Part shown: positions 19,497-28,585 of the stretch, one piece after another
How the letters are laid out: every line of letters begins with the position of its first letter
Numbering within the stretch: the first letter of the stretch is position 1
From: Christensenellaceae bacterium
GTDB lineage: Bacteria; Bacillota; Clostridia; Christensenellales; Borkfalkiaceae
Direction of reading: 5' to 3'
Length of the DNA: 64,000 bases
NCBI GenBank assembly: GCA_045638105.1
Contig: JAZUAT010000007.1
Location: 5,328-69,327, forward strand
Position numbers and translations under genes: made by a program
The notes under the pieces: model-generated
What the model was told of the DNA's origin: nothing
Database searches by the model: none
The model's input: only the letters and a program-made list of their open reading frames with translations

Positions 19497-20294
19497 TTAA
19501 TTAAAATTTCCGTAAAATTCGTTTGAAGTAACGTAGTCAACACCCATTTCAATAAAGTTGGCAATTTCTTGCTTATCGTCAAGTGTCCAAACTCCAACTT
19601 TTAGACCTTTATTATGAGCAGTTTTAATATAGCCGGAAAACAAGTTTAAAACGGTGCTGTTAAACGATAGGTTAATTCCGTTTTTAAGTGCGTAATCAAT
19701 ATCAAAAAAGTTAGGAAAACCTATTAAATATTGATATGGAATACTATTATTAATTTCTTTTGCGCGTTTAATTTGAGAAAGGCTAAAATCAATAACCTCT
19801 ATTTTATCAAGCGAATATACGCTTTCTACAATCTCAAAAATCTCTTCAATTTGCTCGTTTGTAAATTCCGTTTTAAATTCAATAACTGCAACCTTTTGTG
19901 AATTTTTGCAAATCTCTAAATATCTTTCAAAGGTGCAAATATATTCCGTTTCTTTTGTTGCGCCCTTTAATTTTTTAGCCGTCAATTCTGCAAGCGTGCT
20001 ATTTTTAACGGTTAATTTTGTTCCATCTTCAAAAGTGGCATCGTCATCGTGATTGCAAACGTAATACCCGTCTTTTGTAACTTTAACGTCTGTTTCAATG
20101 CCGTAAAAATCAAGTGTCGCCGCTTCTAAAAACGCCGCTTCAGTATTATCAACGTTAACGTTGCTAAAGCCTCTGTGAGCAATATACAAAGTATCGTCGT
20201 TTATTGGAAAGTCTGCTTTTTTACAAGCGGTAACGGAAAAAGCCAAAATAAAGCAAAGTGTACACGTTAAAATTTGTGATAAACGTTTTTTCAT
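19497..20294 (-). CDS. Glycerophosphodiester phosphodiesterase family lipoprotein
   Basis: Signal peptide plus lipobox (AFSVTAC). GDPD motifs 'IAHRGFS', 'ENTEAAF', 'GIETDVKVTKDGYYVCNHD', and 'VGVWTLD'. Confidence 0.8.
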   Translation of the reverse strand: MKKRLSQILTCTLCFILAFSVTACKKADFPINDDTLYIAHRGFSNVNVDNTEAAFLEAATLDFYGIETDVKVTKDGYYVCNHDDDATFEDGTKLTVKNSTLAELTAKKLKGATKETEYICTFERYLEICKNSQKVAVIEFKTEFTNEQIEEIFEIVESVYSLDKIEVIDFSLSQIKRAKEINNSIPYQYLIGFPNFFDIDYALKNGINLSFNSTVLNLFSGYIKTAHNKGLKVGVWTLDDKQEIANFIEMGVDYVTSNEFYGNFN

Positions 20295-20379
20295 TTTTTA
20301 CCTACCATAAACAAAAATTTGCAACTTTATAATAATATAAAACAAAAAAAATTGCAAGTCATTTTGAGGTTTAAATAAA

Positions 20380-20412
20380 AAAACAACCGCTGTTGCGGTT
20401 GTTAATTTTTTA
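20380..20412 (-). terminator. Terminator of the rpsF-ssb-rpsR operon
   Basis: aacaaccgc-tgtt-gcggttgtt, with a T-run on the minus strand. Confidence 0.7.
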
Positions 20413-20416
20413 AATT

Positions 20417-20668
20417 TTATTCACCTTTAAATGGTAAAAGGTCAGCAAGCCTTGAAAGTTTAATAGCGCTTGCTAAAGTACGTTGGTGTTGAGCGCAAGT
20501 ACCAGTCATACGTCTTGGTAAAATTTTACCGCCTTCAGTAATGTACTTTTTAAGCTTAGCAACGTCTTTATAATCAATTTTATCAGTTTTTTCTACGCAG
20601 AAAGCGCAAACCTTTTTTCTTGAAACTCTTTTTAAAGGTTTTTTAACCATAGTGGTCTTTTCTTCCAT
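20417..20668 (-). CDS. rpsR: 30S ribosomal protein S18
   Basis: '[62 protein letters not shown]' matches the S18 consensus. Confidence 0.9.
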   Translation of the reverse strand: MEEKTTMVKKPLKRVSRKKVCAFCVEKTDKIDYKDVAKLKKYITEGGKILPRRMTGTCAQHQRTLASAIKLSRLADLLPFKGE

Positions 20669-20683
20669 TATTCTATCTCCTTT

Positions 20684-21076
20684 TTAAAATGGCAAATCGT
20701 TGTCGTCCTCTACTTCTACAATAGGGCCTTTTTTAACAGGTTCACCTTCATCTAAACGATTGCCAGTTGATAAAAACTCAATTTCGCTTGCAACAATGTC
20801 AGTAAGCGTTCTTTTAACGCCGTCTTTATCTTCATAAGAGTGGTTTTGCAAACTGCCAACCACTGCAACTTTACTACCTTTTTTAAGGAATTTGCTACAG
20901 TTTTCTGCTTGTGTTCTCCAAACAGTGATATTGAAAAAGTCTGCTTCTCTATTACCGTCTGCATTAGCAAACGTTCTATTTACTGCAATTGAAAAACGGC
21001 AAAAAGAAATACCGCTTGAAGTTTCGCTCAATTCTGGGTCACGTGTTAAGTTACCTATTAAATATACTTTATTCAT
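20684..21076 (-). CDS. ssb: Single-stranded DNA-binding protein
   Basis: OB-fold N-terminus 'MNKVYLIGNLTRDPEL…', and an acidic C-terminal tail ending 'DDNDLPF'. Confidence 0.9.
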   Translation of the reverse strand: MNKVYLIGNLTRDPELSETSSGISFCRFSIAVNRTFANADGNREADFFNITVWRTQAENCSKFLKKGSKVAVVGSLQNHSYEDKDGVKRTLTDIVASEIEFLSTGNRLDEGEPVKKGPIVEVEDDNDLPF

Positions 21077-21089
21077 AAACTCCCTCCGA

Positions 21090-21371
21090 TTACGCTTTTG
21101 TAATCAATCTTCTCATAACGCCGTCTGTTATGCCTGCAACTCTCTTAAGTTCTGCAACAACAGTTGTTGCACTTTCAAAAGTCATAAGAACATAATAGCC
21201 TTCTGTCTTATAATTGATAGGGTATACAAGTTTTTTTGCACCCCACTTATCAATCTTTTCAACAGTACCGCCGTTGTCTAAAACTACTTTTTCGAACTTA
21301 GAGATAATAGCGTCTCTTTCTTCGTCAGCAATTTCAGTTGACAAGATGTAAAGCATTTCATACTTTCTCAT
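21090..21371 (-). CDS. rpsF: 30S ribosomal protein S6
   Basis: 'MRKYEMLYILSTEIADEERDAIISKFEKVV…' fits the S6 family. It sits in the canonical position upstream of ssb-rpsR. Confidence 0.9.
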   Translation of the reverse strand: MRKYEMLYILSTEIADEERDAIISKFEKVVLDNGGTVEKIDKWGAKKLVYPINYKTEGYYVLMTFESATTVVAELKRVAGITDGVMRRLITKA

Positions 21372-21585
21372 AATTTTAACCTCCTGGACTTATTGGAACG
21401 TTTCGCTACGTTCAAGGTTTGGCGCTTAAAAAAGCGCAAAATTTAGACAAAACGCCTAAATGTATATATATTATAGTTAATTGTTTAGTAATTGTCAACA
21501 ATTTTTGTAACTACTAAATGTAAAAACAGCCAATATTTTTTGATATTTTATTAAAAATAAGTTAATTTAAACAAATTTTACGTTA

Positions 21586-22224
21586 TTAAGGCTTGTTGTT
21601 TTCAACGTACTCTTTAAGCGAAAGTCCGTTTAAAAAACGTGCGTCTTCTTTTATAATATCAATATTGCTACCGCCGTAAATCGCTTTAAAAGCGTTTGCT
21701 AAATAGTCTGGGCGGAGCGTGTCGTTACCAAATTTAAGCGTTGCAATAAGATTTTCATTTTCAAAATTTAGAGAAACTATTTTATTGCAAACTTCTCTTT
21801 TATTGCCTTTTTTGTCTTCAACGTAGAATTCTTGCTTTGATAAAACTTCACTAACGTCAAAGTAGTTTAAACCGCTAATAACGTAAGTGGCGGTTGTAAC
21901 GTCTGAAGCAACGCCAAGCCTTTTTTGAGTGTTATAACTTTCTTCACACTTAATTCCGTCAGGAGCAAAGTTGTTAAAAAGTTGTTTAAAAGTTTCGGCG
22001 TTCTCATCGCTTTCAATTAGGCAATATTCACTTTTACTTTTTAATCCAAGTGCAATAGGCGAACTCATAAAAACAAGCATATGTGGGTTAAATCCTTGCG
22101 AATAGCCTACTTTTACGTTCATACGCCTTATAATTTTTGCAAAATGTTTAAGCATATCAAGGTGCGGAATAAATTCGGCGCCGTTTAATTTTGAATATTT
22201 AATAACTATCATTTTATATCGCAC
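21586..22224 (-). CDS. TIGR03936/DUF2344-family protein, a partner of the TIGR03960 radical SAM protein
   Basis: '…EFIPHLDMLKHFAKIIRRMNV…' is typical of the DUF2344 family. It overlaps the upstream radical-SAM gene by 16 nt. Confidence 0.6.
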   Translation of the reverse strand: MRYKMIVIKYSKLNGAEFIPHLDMLKHFAKIIRRMNVKVGYSQGFNPHMLVFMSSPIALGLKSKSEYCLIESDENAETFKQLFNNFAPDGIKCEESYNTQKRLGVASDVTTATYVISGLNYFDVSEVLSKQEFYVEDKKGNKREVCNKIVSLNFENENLIATLKFGNDTLRPDYLANAFKAIYGGSNIDIIKEDARFLNGLSLKEYVENNKP

Positions 22225-23975
22225 CTACCTTGTAAACCACAGCCTTTACAGCCCGTTTGGCATCCGCCCGTAATTTTTCCGTCGTATGCTTTTTGCCTTT
22301 CTTTAAGTAAAAAGTTTTTAGTAACGCCAACGTCAATAAAATCCCAAGGGAGCGGAGTATTTAAGTCTTGCTCGCTCGTGTAGTCAAGTTTATTAACGCC
22401 TTCTTCTAAAAACGCTTGCTCGTAAATTTTAGGATTAAAATATTCGCACCAACTTTCAAAGAAAGAGCCTTTTTTGTATGCGTTAAGCAAAACTTTGCCA
22501 ATGCGCCTGTCGCCACGGGCTAAAACTGCTTCCATTTCTGAAAGTTCGTAATCATTCCAATTAAAAGAAACGCCTTTAATATAAAGTTTTGATTTTAGCG
22601 TTGCAATTTTTTTGTCAACCTGCTCTTTTGTTGCAAAAGGCTCCCACTCAAAAGGCGTAAACGGCTTTGGAATAAAAGTTGAAACGCTAACGTTTATTCT
22701 TAATGCACGCAAACGCTTAGGGTTTTGCGAATATATTTGTTTTATTTTTTGAACAACTTGGAAGATGCCGTCAATATCTTCGTCTGTTTCCGTAGGCAAG
22801 CCCATCATAAAATAAAGCTTTATTGCAGACGTTCCAAGGTCAAACGCTTTTTGAACTCCCGTTTCAATATCTTGTTCCGTAATATCTTTATTAATAACGT
22901 CACGCAAGCGTTGAGTACCGGCTTCGGGCGCAAACGTTAAACTGCTTTTGCGTGATTCTTGTGCGTAAAAACTTTCAAAACTATCAATTCTAAGTGAAGG
23001 AAGAGCAATGGTAGTGTACTCAGGCAACTTTGCCTTCATTTCTTTTAAAAGAGTAGAAAGTTCGCCGTAGTCACTTGTTGACAAGCTATTCATACTAACG
23101 TTTTCATAGCCCGTGTTTTTAATAAGGTCGCACGCAAGGCTTGTTAACGTATTAACGCTACGCTTTCTAACGGGTCTATATATAAATCCCGCTTGGCAAA
23201 ATCTACAACCGCGATAGCATCCGCGCATAATTTCAATAACGGCTCTATCGTGTACAACTTCAATATTTCCAACGGGTTGAAAACGTGGATATGGCGCGTT
23301 TTCAAGGTCTAAGCAAATGGCTCTTTTAACGCTATTGCCTTCAAATTTAACAATTTTTCCGTTCTCATATACGGGTTTTGTAAGGGTAGGAACGTAAACG
23401 CCCTCAATTTCACTCGCGCGTTTTAAGAACTCTTTTTTGTCTTTAACTTTAAGTTTAAGCTCGGCAAGTTGGCGCATTGAAATTTCGCCGTCCCCAATTA
23501 CAAAAAGGTCAAAAAAGTCAGCAAGAGGTTCTGGGTTAACTGCGCAAGGTCCACCGCCTTGAATAATAGGGAAAGAATCGTCACGCTCGCTTGCCAAAAG
23601 TGGAATGCCAGCTAAATCAAGCATATACAAAATGGTTGTATAACTCATTTCGTATTGAAGCGAAAAGCCTATCATATCAAATTCTTTAAGCGGTTTTTTT
23701 AAGCCGAGCGAGTAAAGCGGAATGCCGTTTTCTTTAATCGCCGTACCAAAGTCTGGCCAAGGGGCGTAGCACCTGTCTGCTGAAGCGCCGTCAACGTTAT
23801 TAATAACGTCTTGCACAATGCGTATGCCTAAGTTGCTCATTGCAACTTCGTAAACGTCAGGAAAGCAAATGCAGTAGTTGAATTTGTCTTCTTTTATTTT
23901 AGGTGCGCCGTATTCGCCACCAATGTAGCGCGCGGGCTTTTCAACCGTTTTTAAAATTTCGTTTAAAGTTTTCAT
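22209..23975 (-). CDS. TIGR03960-family B12-binding-domain radical SAM protein of unknown function
   Basis: N-terminal 'KPARYIGGEYG'. The CxxxCxxC radical-SAM motif appears as 'GCYRGCRFCQAG'. 588 aa. Confidence 0.7.
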   Translation of the reverse strand: MKTLNEILKTVEKPARYIGGEYGAPKIKEDKFNYCICFPDVYEVAMSNLGIRIVQDVINNVDGASADRCYAPWPDFGTAIKENGIPLYSLGLKKPLKEFDMIGFSLQYEMSYTTILYMLDLAGIPLLASERDDSFPIIQGGGPCAVNPEPLADFFDLFVIGDGEISMRQLAELKLKVKDKKEFLKRASEIEGVYVPTLTKPVYENGKIVKFEGNSVKRAICLDLENAPYPRFQPVGNIEVVHDRAVIEIMRGCYRGCRFCQAGFIYRPVRKRSVNTLTSLACDLIKNTGYENVSMNSLSTSDYGELSTLLKEMKAKLPEYTTIALPSLRIDSFESFYAQESRKSSLTFAPEAGTQRLRDVINKDITEQDIETGVQKAFDLGTSAIKLYFMMGLPTETDEDIDGIFQVVQKIKQIYSQNPKRLRALRINVSVSTFIPKPFTPFEWEPFATKEQVDKKIATLKSKLYIKGVSFNWNDYELSEMEAVLARGDRRIGKVLLNAYKKGSFFESWCEYFNPKIYEQAFLEEGVNKLDYTSEQDLNTPLPWDFIDVGVTKNFLLKERQKAYDGKITGGCQTGCKGCGLQGRCDIK

Positions 23976-24164
23976 TGTTATCCTTATAAATAAGCTGGTT
24001 ATATACTTATAGCCAAAAACGTTTACTACATTTTAGCATATTATAAAAAAAATTGCAATTTGTTAACAAACTATTAGCGATTTTATTGGTTGTAGGTTGG
24101 ATATTAAAAATTGCAAAAAGATAAAATAAAAGCAAATAACGCCTTTAAAAGACTTGCTAACCTT

Positions 24165-24193
24165 AAAAAAATATTGTATAATTTTTGTAAGTT
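24165..24193 (+). promoter_or_regulatory. Promoter (TTGCTA, 17-nt spacer, TGnTATAAT) for the leader plus acyl-CoA ligase
   Basis: ttgcta at 24165-24170, and an extended -10 'tgtataat' at 24186-24193. Confidence 0.5.
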
Positions 24194-24199
24194 GAATAT

Positions 24200-24440
24200 T
24201 AAAGACGTTTTAGCAAATTTTTAGTATGTTAGCATTAGTTTATTTAGAGAGTTGCCGTTAGGTGCAAGGCAATTAAACCGCGTAGCAGAATTACGTTTTT
24301 GCAAGTTGCTTTTTAGCCGTTTGGGCGCGTTATAGCCCGTAGTGTTTTCACTCATAAGGCTCTATTAGAGCGAACAGAGGTGGTACCGCGATATATTCGC
24401 CCTCTTGCTTTTTACAAAGCAAGAAGGCTTTTTTTATTTT
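24200..24440 (+). promoter_or_regulatory. Candidate T-box riboswitch leader, comprising Stem I elements, the T-box sequence and a terminator
   Basis: 'aGGTGGTACCGCG' at 24377-24389 matches 12 of 12 positions of the T-box core GGUGGNACCGCG. Upstream 'AGAGAG' sits next to a hairpin (ttgcc-GUUAGGUGCAA-ggcaa) resembling the Stem I AG-bulge and distal loop. 'AGUA' and 'GAAUUACG' are specifier-loop-like. Terminator: gccctcttgcttt…aaagcaagaaggc followed by ttttttt at 24398-24434. Confidence 0.5.
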
Positions 24441-24458
24441 ACTTAACGGAGATGTTTT

Positions 24459-26093
24459 ATGCCTATAACCGATTTATTAACAAGAAACGCCGCTTTTTAT
24501 TCGGGAGAAGTGTGTTTAGTTGAAATTAACCCTAAACTTGAAGAAGGCAAGCTTATGACTTGGCGTGAATTTTCACTTATTCAAGCCACTTCAACGGAGG
24601 CTTTTCGTAGAGAACTTACTTGGGGCGAATTTCAAAAAAGTTCTAACCGCTTTGCTAACCTTTTACTTTCAAGGGGCGTAAAGAAAGGGGAAAAGGTTGC
24701 CATTTTACTTATGAACTGCTTAGAGTGGTTGCCTATTTATTTTGGCATTTTAAAAGCTGGTGCAGTTGCTGTTCCGCTCAACTTTAGATACACGGGCGAA
24801 GAAATTGCTTATTGTTTAGACAAAGCGGACTGCGAACATATTGTTTTCGGCCCTGAATTTGTGGGAAGAATTGAAGGCATTTGCTATAAGGCAAGGAGAA
24901 TTAAAACTTGGCTTTACGTTGGCGAAGATTGTCCTGTTTTTGCCGAAAGTTACGATAGGCTTGTTAACTTTTGTAGTTCTAAACTTCCAGCAATTCAAAT
25001 TAGCGATGAAGATGATGGCGCAATTTATTTCTCTTCCGGTACAACGGGTTTTCCAAAAGCAATACTTCACAAACACAAAAGCCTAGTTCACTCTGCTACC
25101 GTTGAGCAAAAGCACCACGAGCAAACAAAGGACGATACGTTCTTATGTATTCCGCCACTTTACCATACAGGTGCAAAGATGCACTGGTTCGGCTCTTTAA
25201 TGGCGGGCTCTAAAGCGGTACTTTTAAAGGGTACTGAGCCAAAGTGGATTATTAAAGCCGTTGCGGAAGAAAAATGCTCTATAGTATGGCTTTTAGTGCC
25301 TTGGGCGCAAGATATTTTAGACGCTATTGATAGGGGCGAAATAAATATAAATGATTACGACCTTTCAAAATGGCGCTTAATGCATATAGGTGCACAACCC
25401 GTTCCTCCAAGTTTAATTAAGCGTTGGCTTAAAATATTTCCACATCATAAATACGACACGAATTACGGCTTATCGGAATCTATCGGTCCAGGTTGCGTGC
25501 ATTTAGGTATGGAAAACGTTAATAAGGTTGGTGCAATAGGTAAAGCGGGCTACGGCTGGCAAACAATGATTGTTGACGAAAACCGCAATCCTGTTAAAAA
25601 GGGCGAAGTTGGCGAACTTGCAGTTTTTGGCGACGGCGTTATGAAATGCTACTATAAAGATGAAGAAGCCACAAAGGAAATTTTAAAAGACGGTTGGCTC
25701 TTTACCGGCGATATGGCTATGGAAGATGAAGACGGCTTCATTTATTTAGTAGATAGAAAGAAAGACGTTATAATTTCAGGCGGGGAAAATATTTATCCCG
25801 TTCAAATTGAAAACTTTATTAGAAAACACGATGCGGTTAGTGACGTTGCAGTTATCGGCATACCAGACAAGCGTTTGGGCGAAGCCACTTTAGCCGTTAT
25901 TCAACTTAAAGACGGAGTTACTTTAACCGAAGAAGATATTAATGATTATTGTTTAGAACTTCCAAGATACAAAAGACCTAAAAAAGTTATTTTTGCTCTC
26001 GTTCCAAGAAACCCTACGGGCAAAATTGAAAAGCCAAAACTTAGAAAGCAATATGGTAGCGATGGTTTAGTATCAAGGCAAAACGAATTGTAA
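24459..26093 (+). CDS. AMP-dependent acyl-CoA synthetase/ligase (fatty-acid-CoA ligase family)
   Basis: AMP-binding motif 'YFSSGTTGFPKAIL'. Also 'DTNYGLSE' and 'TGDMAMEDEDGFIYLVDRKKD' adenylate-forming motifs. 544 aa. Confidence 0.8.
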   Translation: MPITDLLTRNAAFYSGEVCLVEINPKLEEGKLMTWREFSLIQATSTEAFRRELTWGEFQKSSNRFANLLLSRGVKKGEKVAILLMNCLEWLPIYFGILKAGAVAVPLNFRYTGEEIAYCLDKADCEHIVFGPEFVGRIEGICYKARRIKTWLYVGEDCPVFAESYDRLVNFCSSKLPAIQISDEDDGAIYFSSGTTGFPKAILHKHKSLVHSATVEQKHHEQTKDDTFLCIPPLYHTGAKMHWFGSLMAGSKAVLLKGTEPKWIIKAVAEEKCSIVWLLVPWAQDILDAIDRGEININDYDLSKWRLMHIGAQPVPPSLIKRWLKIFPHHKYDTNYGLSESIGPGCVHLGMENVNKVGAIGKAGYGWQTMIVDENRNPVKKGEVGELAVFGDGVMKCYYKDEEATKEILKDGWLFTGDMAMEDEDGFIYLVDRKKDVIISGGENIYPVQIENFIRKHDAVSDVAVIGIPDKRLGEATLAVIQLKDGVTLTEEDINDYCLELPRYKRPKKVIFALVPRNPTGKIEKPKLRKQYGSDGLVSRQNEL

Positions 26094-26275
26094 TAAGGCT
26101 TTGCCACTTTAAAAACTTGATTTTTTGGCGAAAAGCAATTATATTCCTTATATTTTTCTAACCAACCGCAAAACAAAGTTTTGCTAAAATCAACTATTTT
26201 CACGGTCAAAACCAAAAGGCAAAAAATTTAGCAAAACAATAAAAACATCAAATCACTAATATTACGGAGAAAATT

Positions 26276-28012
26276 ATGAAAAAACTTATGCTTGGCAACG
26301 CGGCAGTTGCCCAAGGTGCTTATGAAGCGGGCGTTAAAGTTGTATCTTCTTACCCTGGCACTCCAAGCACGGAAATAACTGAAAATATTGTTAAATACGA
26401 TAGCGTTTACGTTGAGTGGGCACCAAATGAAAAAGTTGCTTGCGAAACTGCAATAGGAGCGTCTATTGCGGGCGCGCGCGCAATGACTTGTATGAAGCAC
26501 GTTGGCTTAAACGTTATGGCGGACCCCGTTTTTACGGTTAGTTACATTGGTGCAAACGGCGGTTTAGTTTTATGCGTAGCAGATGACCCTGGAATGCACT
26601 CTTCACAAAACGAGCAAGATTCAAGGCACTATGCAAAGGCTTCTAAAATTCCTATGTTAGAGCCGTCTAATTCAAGCGAGTGTAAAGAATTTACAAAATT
26701 TGCTTTTGAATTAAGTGAAAAGTATGATACGCCTGTATTTATAAGGCTATCAACAAGAGTTTCACACTCGCAAAGTTTGGTTGAAGAAGCTGAGCCAATC
26801 TCCGCTCCGTTAAAGCCTTATGAAAAGAATATTCAAAAGAACGTAATGATGCCTGCAAACGCAATAAATAGGCACGTTGTTGTTGAAAAGCGTGAACAAG
26901 ACTTAAGAGAATTTGCAGAAAATACTTTTCTTAACGTGGTAGAAAACAACGGCGCTAAAATTGGCGTAATAACTTCTGGCGTTGCGTATGAGTACGCAAA
27001 AGAAGCGCTTGGAAATAAAGCCAACTACCTTAAATTAGGTATGGTTTATCCGCTTCCAACACGACTTATTGAAAATTTTGTTAAAGGGTTAGATGAAGTT
27101 TATATTATTGAAGAATTAGACCCGTTCATTGAAGAGCACGTTAAAGCACTTGGCGTTCCCGTTAAAGGTAAAGACGTGTTTAGTTTGCTTGGCGAATATA
27201 GCCAAAGTTTAATTAAGAAAGTAGTTTTAAATGAAGAAGTTAAAAATTTAACAACTCAAATGGAACTTCCTAAACGTCCACCCGTTATGTGTGCAGGTTG
27301 CCCACATAGGGGAACTTTCTACGTTCTTAATAAACTTAAAGTGACTGTTAGTGGCGATATTGGTTGCTATACTTTAGGAGCAGTTGCACCGCTTTCAAGC
27401 GTAGATACAACAATTTGCATGGGCGCGTCAATTAGTGCGGCGCATGGCATGGTTAAGGCAAGGGGCGAAGATTTTTCTAAAAAATTAGTTGCCGTTATTG
27501 GCGATTCTACTTTTATACACTCTGGCATAACTGGGCTTATAGACGTGGTTTATAACAAAAATAACAACACAATCATCATTTTAGATAACTCTATAACGGG
27601 TATGACTGGGCATCAAGAAAACCCAACTACAGGCTTAACTATTAGAAACGAGCCTACAAAAGTTGTTGACTTAGTTGCACTTTGCAAGGCTGTTGGCGTT
27701 GAAAGAGTTAGGGTTGAAGACCCGTTTGACGTTAAAGGTTTTGAACAAGCCGTTAAGGAAGAATTAAACGCTAACGAGCCTTCAGTTATTATTGCACGTC
27801 GTCCTTGCGCTTTACTTAAAGGCGTTAAGTATGACGGGAAGTATACTGTTAACGAAGAAAAGTGCCGTTCTTGCAAAATGTGTATGAAACTTGGTTGCCC
27901 TGCAATCACTTACGTTAACGGCAAGGCAAAAATTGATGCAACACAATGCAATGGTTGCGGGCTTTGCGCAAACGTTTGTCCGTTTGGTGCTATTGAAAAG
28001 GAGGCTAAATAA
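26276..28012 (+). CDS. iorA: Indolepyruvate:ferredoxin oxidoreductase alpha subunit (TPP-dependent OFOR with a C-terminal 2x[4Fe-4S] domain)
   Basis: N-terminus 'MKKLMLGNAAVAQGAYEAGVKVVSSYPGTPSTEI' is classic IorA. The C-terminal segment 'CRSCKMCMKLGCP…CNGCGLCANVCP' is ferredoxin-like. Confidence 0.8.
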   Translation: MKKLMLGNAAVAQGAYEAGVKVVSSYPGTPSTEITENIVKYDSVYVEWAPNEKVACETAIGASIAGARAMTCMKHVGLNVMADPVFTVSYIGANGGLVLCVADDPGMHSSQNEQDSRHYAKASKIPMLEPSNSSECKEFTKFAFELSEKYDTPVFIRLSTRVSHSQSLVEEAEPISAPLKPYEKNIQKNVMMPANAINRHVVVEKREQDLREFAENTFLNVVENNGAKIGVITSGVAYEYAKEALGNKANYLKLGMVYPLPTRLIENFVKGLDEVYIIEELDPFIEEHVKALGVPVKGKDVFSLLGEYSQSLIKKVVLNEEVKNLTTQMELPKRPPVMCAGCPHRGTFYVLNKLKVTVSGDIGCYTLGAVAPLSSVDTTICMGASISAAHGMVKARGEDFSKKLVAVIGDSTFIHSGITGLIDVVYNKNNNTIIILDNSITGMTGHQENPTTGLTIRNEPTKVVDLVALCKAVGVERVRVEDPFDVKGFEQAVKEELNANEPSVIIARRPCALLKGVKYDGKYTVNEEKCRSCKMCMKLGCPAITYVNGKAKIDATQCNGCGLCANVCPFGAIEKEAK

Positions 28013-28584
28013 TGAATACTAACGTAATGATAGTAGGCGTAGGAGGTCAAGGAACTTTACTTGCAAGTAGGATACTTGGGGGCGTTGCTATTAAATGTGG
28101 CTACGACGTAAAAGTTTCGGAAGTTCACGGAATGAGCCAACGTGGTGGAAGCGTTGTTACGTACGTTAAATACGGAGAAGTTGTTTCTTCGCCAATAATT
28201 GATAAAGGCGAAGCAGACGTTATTTTGGCTTTTGAAAAATTAGAAGCAATAAGAGCATTGCCATTTTTAAAGATAGGTGGAAAAATTATTTTAAATGATA
28301 GAGAGATTGCACCAATGCCTGTTATTACGGGGGCTTGTCAATATCCACAAGGTATTGTTGAAGAACTTTCTTCAAAAGCAAACGTTACTTCACTTGACGC
28401 TCTTGAGTTAAGTGTTAAAGCCGGCTCTATTAAAACTGTAAACGTTGTTTTAATTGGTGTTTTGGCAAAAACAATGAATATTGAAAAACAAGTTTGGTTA
28501 GACGTTATAAGCGAAACTGTTCCGCCAAAATTTTTAGAACTTAATTTAAAAGCGTTTGAACTTGGCTACACTTACGGGGAATAA
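28012..28584 (+). CDS. iorB: Indolepyruvate oxidoreductase beta subunit
   Basis: 190 aa; 'NVMIVGVGGQGTLLASRILG' is the OFOR gamma-like fold typical of IorB. Its start overlaps the iorA stop codon. Confidence 0.75.
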   Translation: MNTNVMIVGVGGQGTLLASRILGGVAIKCGYDVKVSEVHGMSQRGGSVVTYVKYGEVVSSPIIDKGEADVILAFEKLEAIRALPFLKIGGKIILNDREIAPMPVITGACQYPQGIVEELSSKANVTSLDALELSVKAGSIKTVNVVLIGVLAKTMNIEKQVWLDVISETVPPKFLELNLKAFELGYTYGE

Positions 28585-28585
28585 T

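Noticed and set aside
20752-21281. ORFs 20752-20970 (-) and 20892-21281 (+) overlapping ssb/rpsF
   Set aside because: They overlap highly conserved ribosomal and SSB genes whose translations match known families. The alternative-frame ORFs are noise.
22725-22940. 71-aa plus-strand ORF inside the radical SAM gene
   Set aside because: It is antisense to a 588-aa CDS that carries canonical radical-SAM motifs.
26094-26275. Looked for a terminator or second riboswitch between the acyl-CoA ligase and iorA
   Set aside because: The region is AT-rich with no stable GC hairpin plus T-run. It is therefore treated as an intra-operon spacer, though an internal promoter cannot be excluded.
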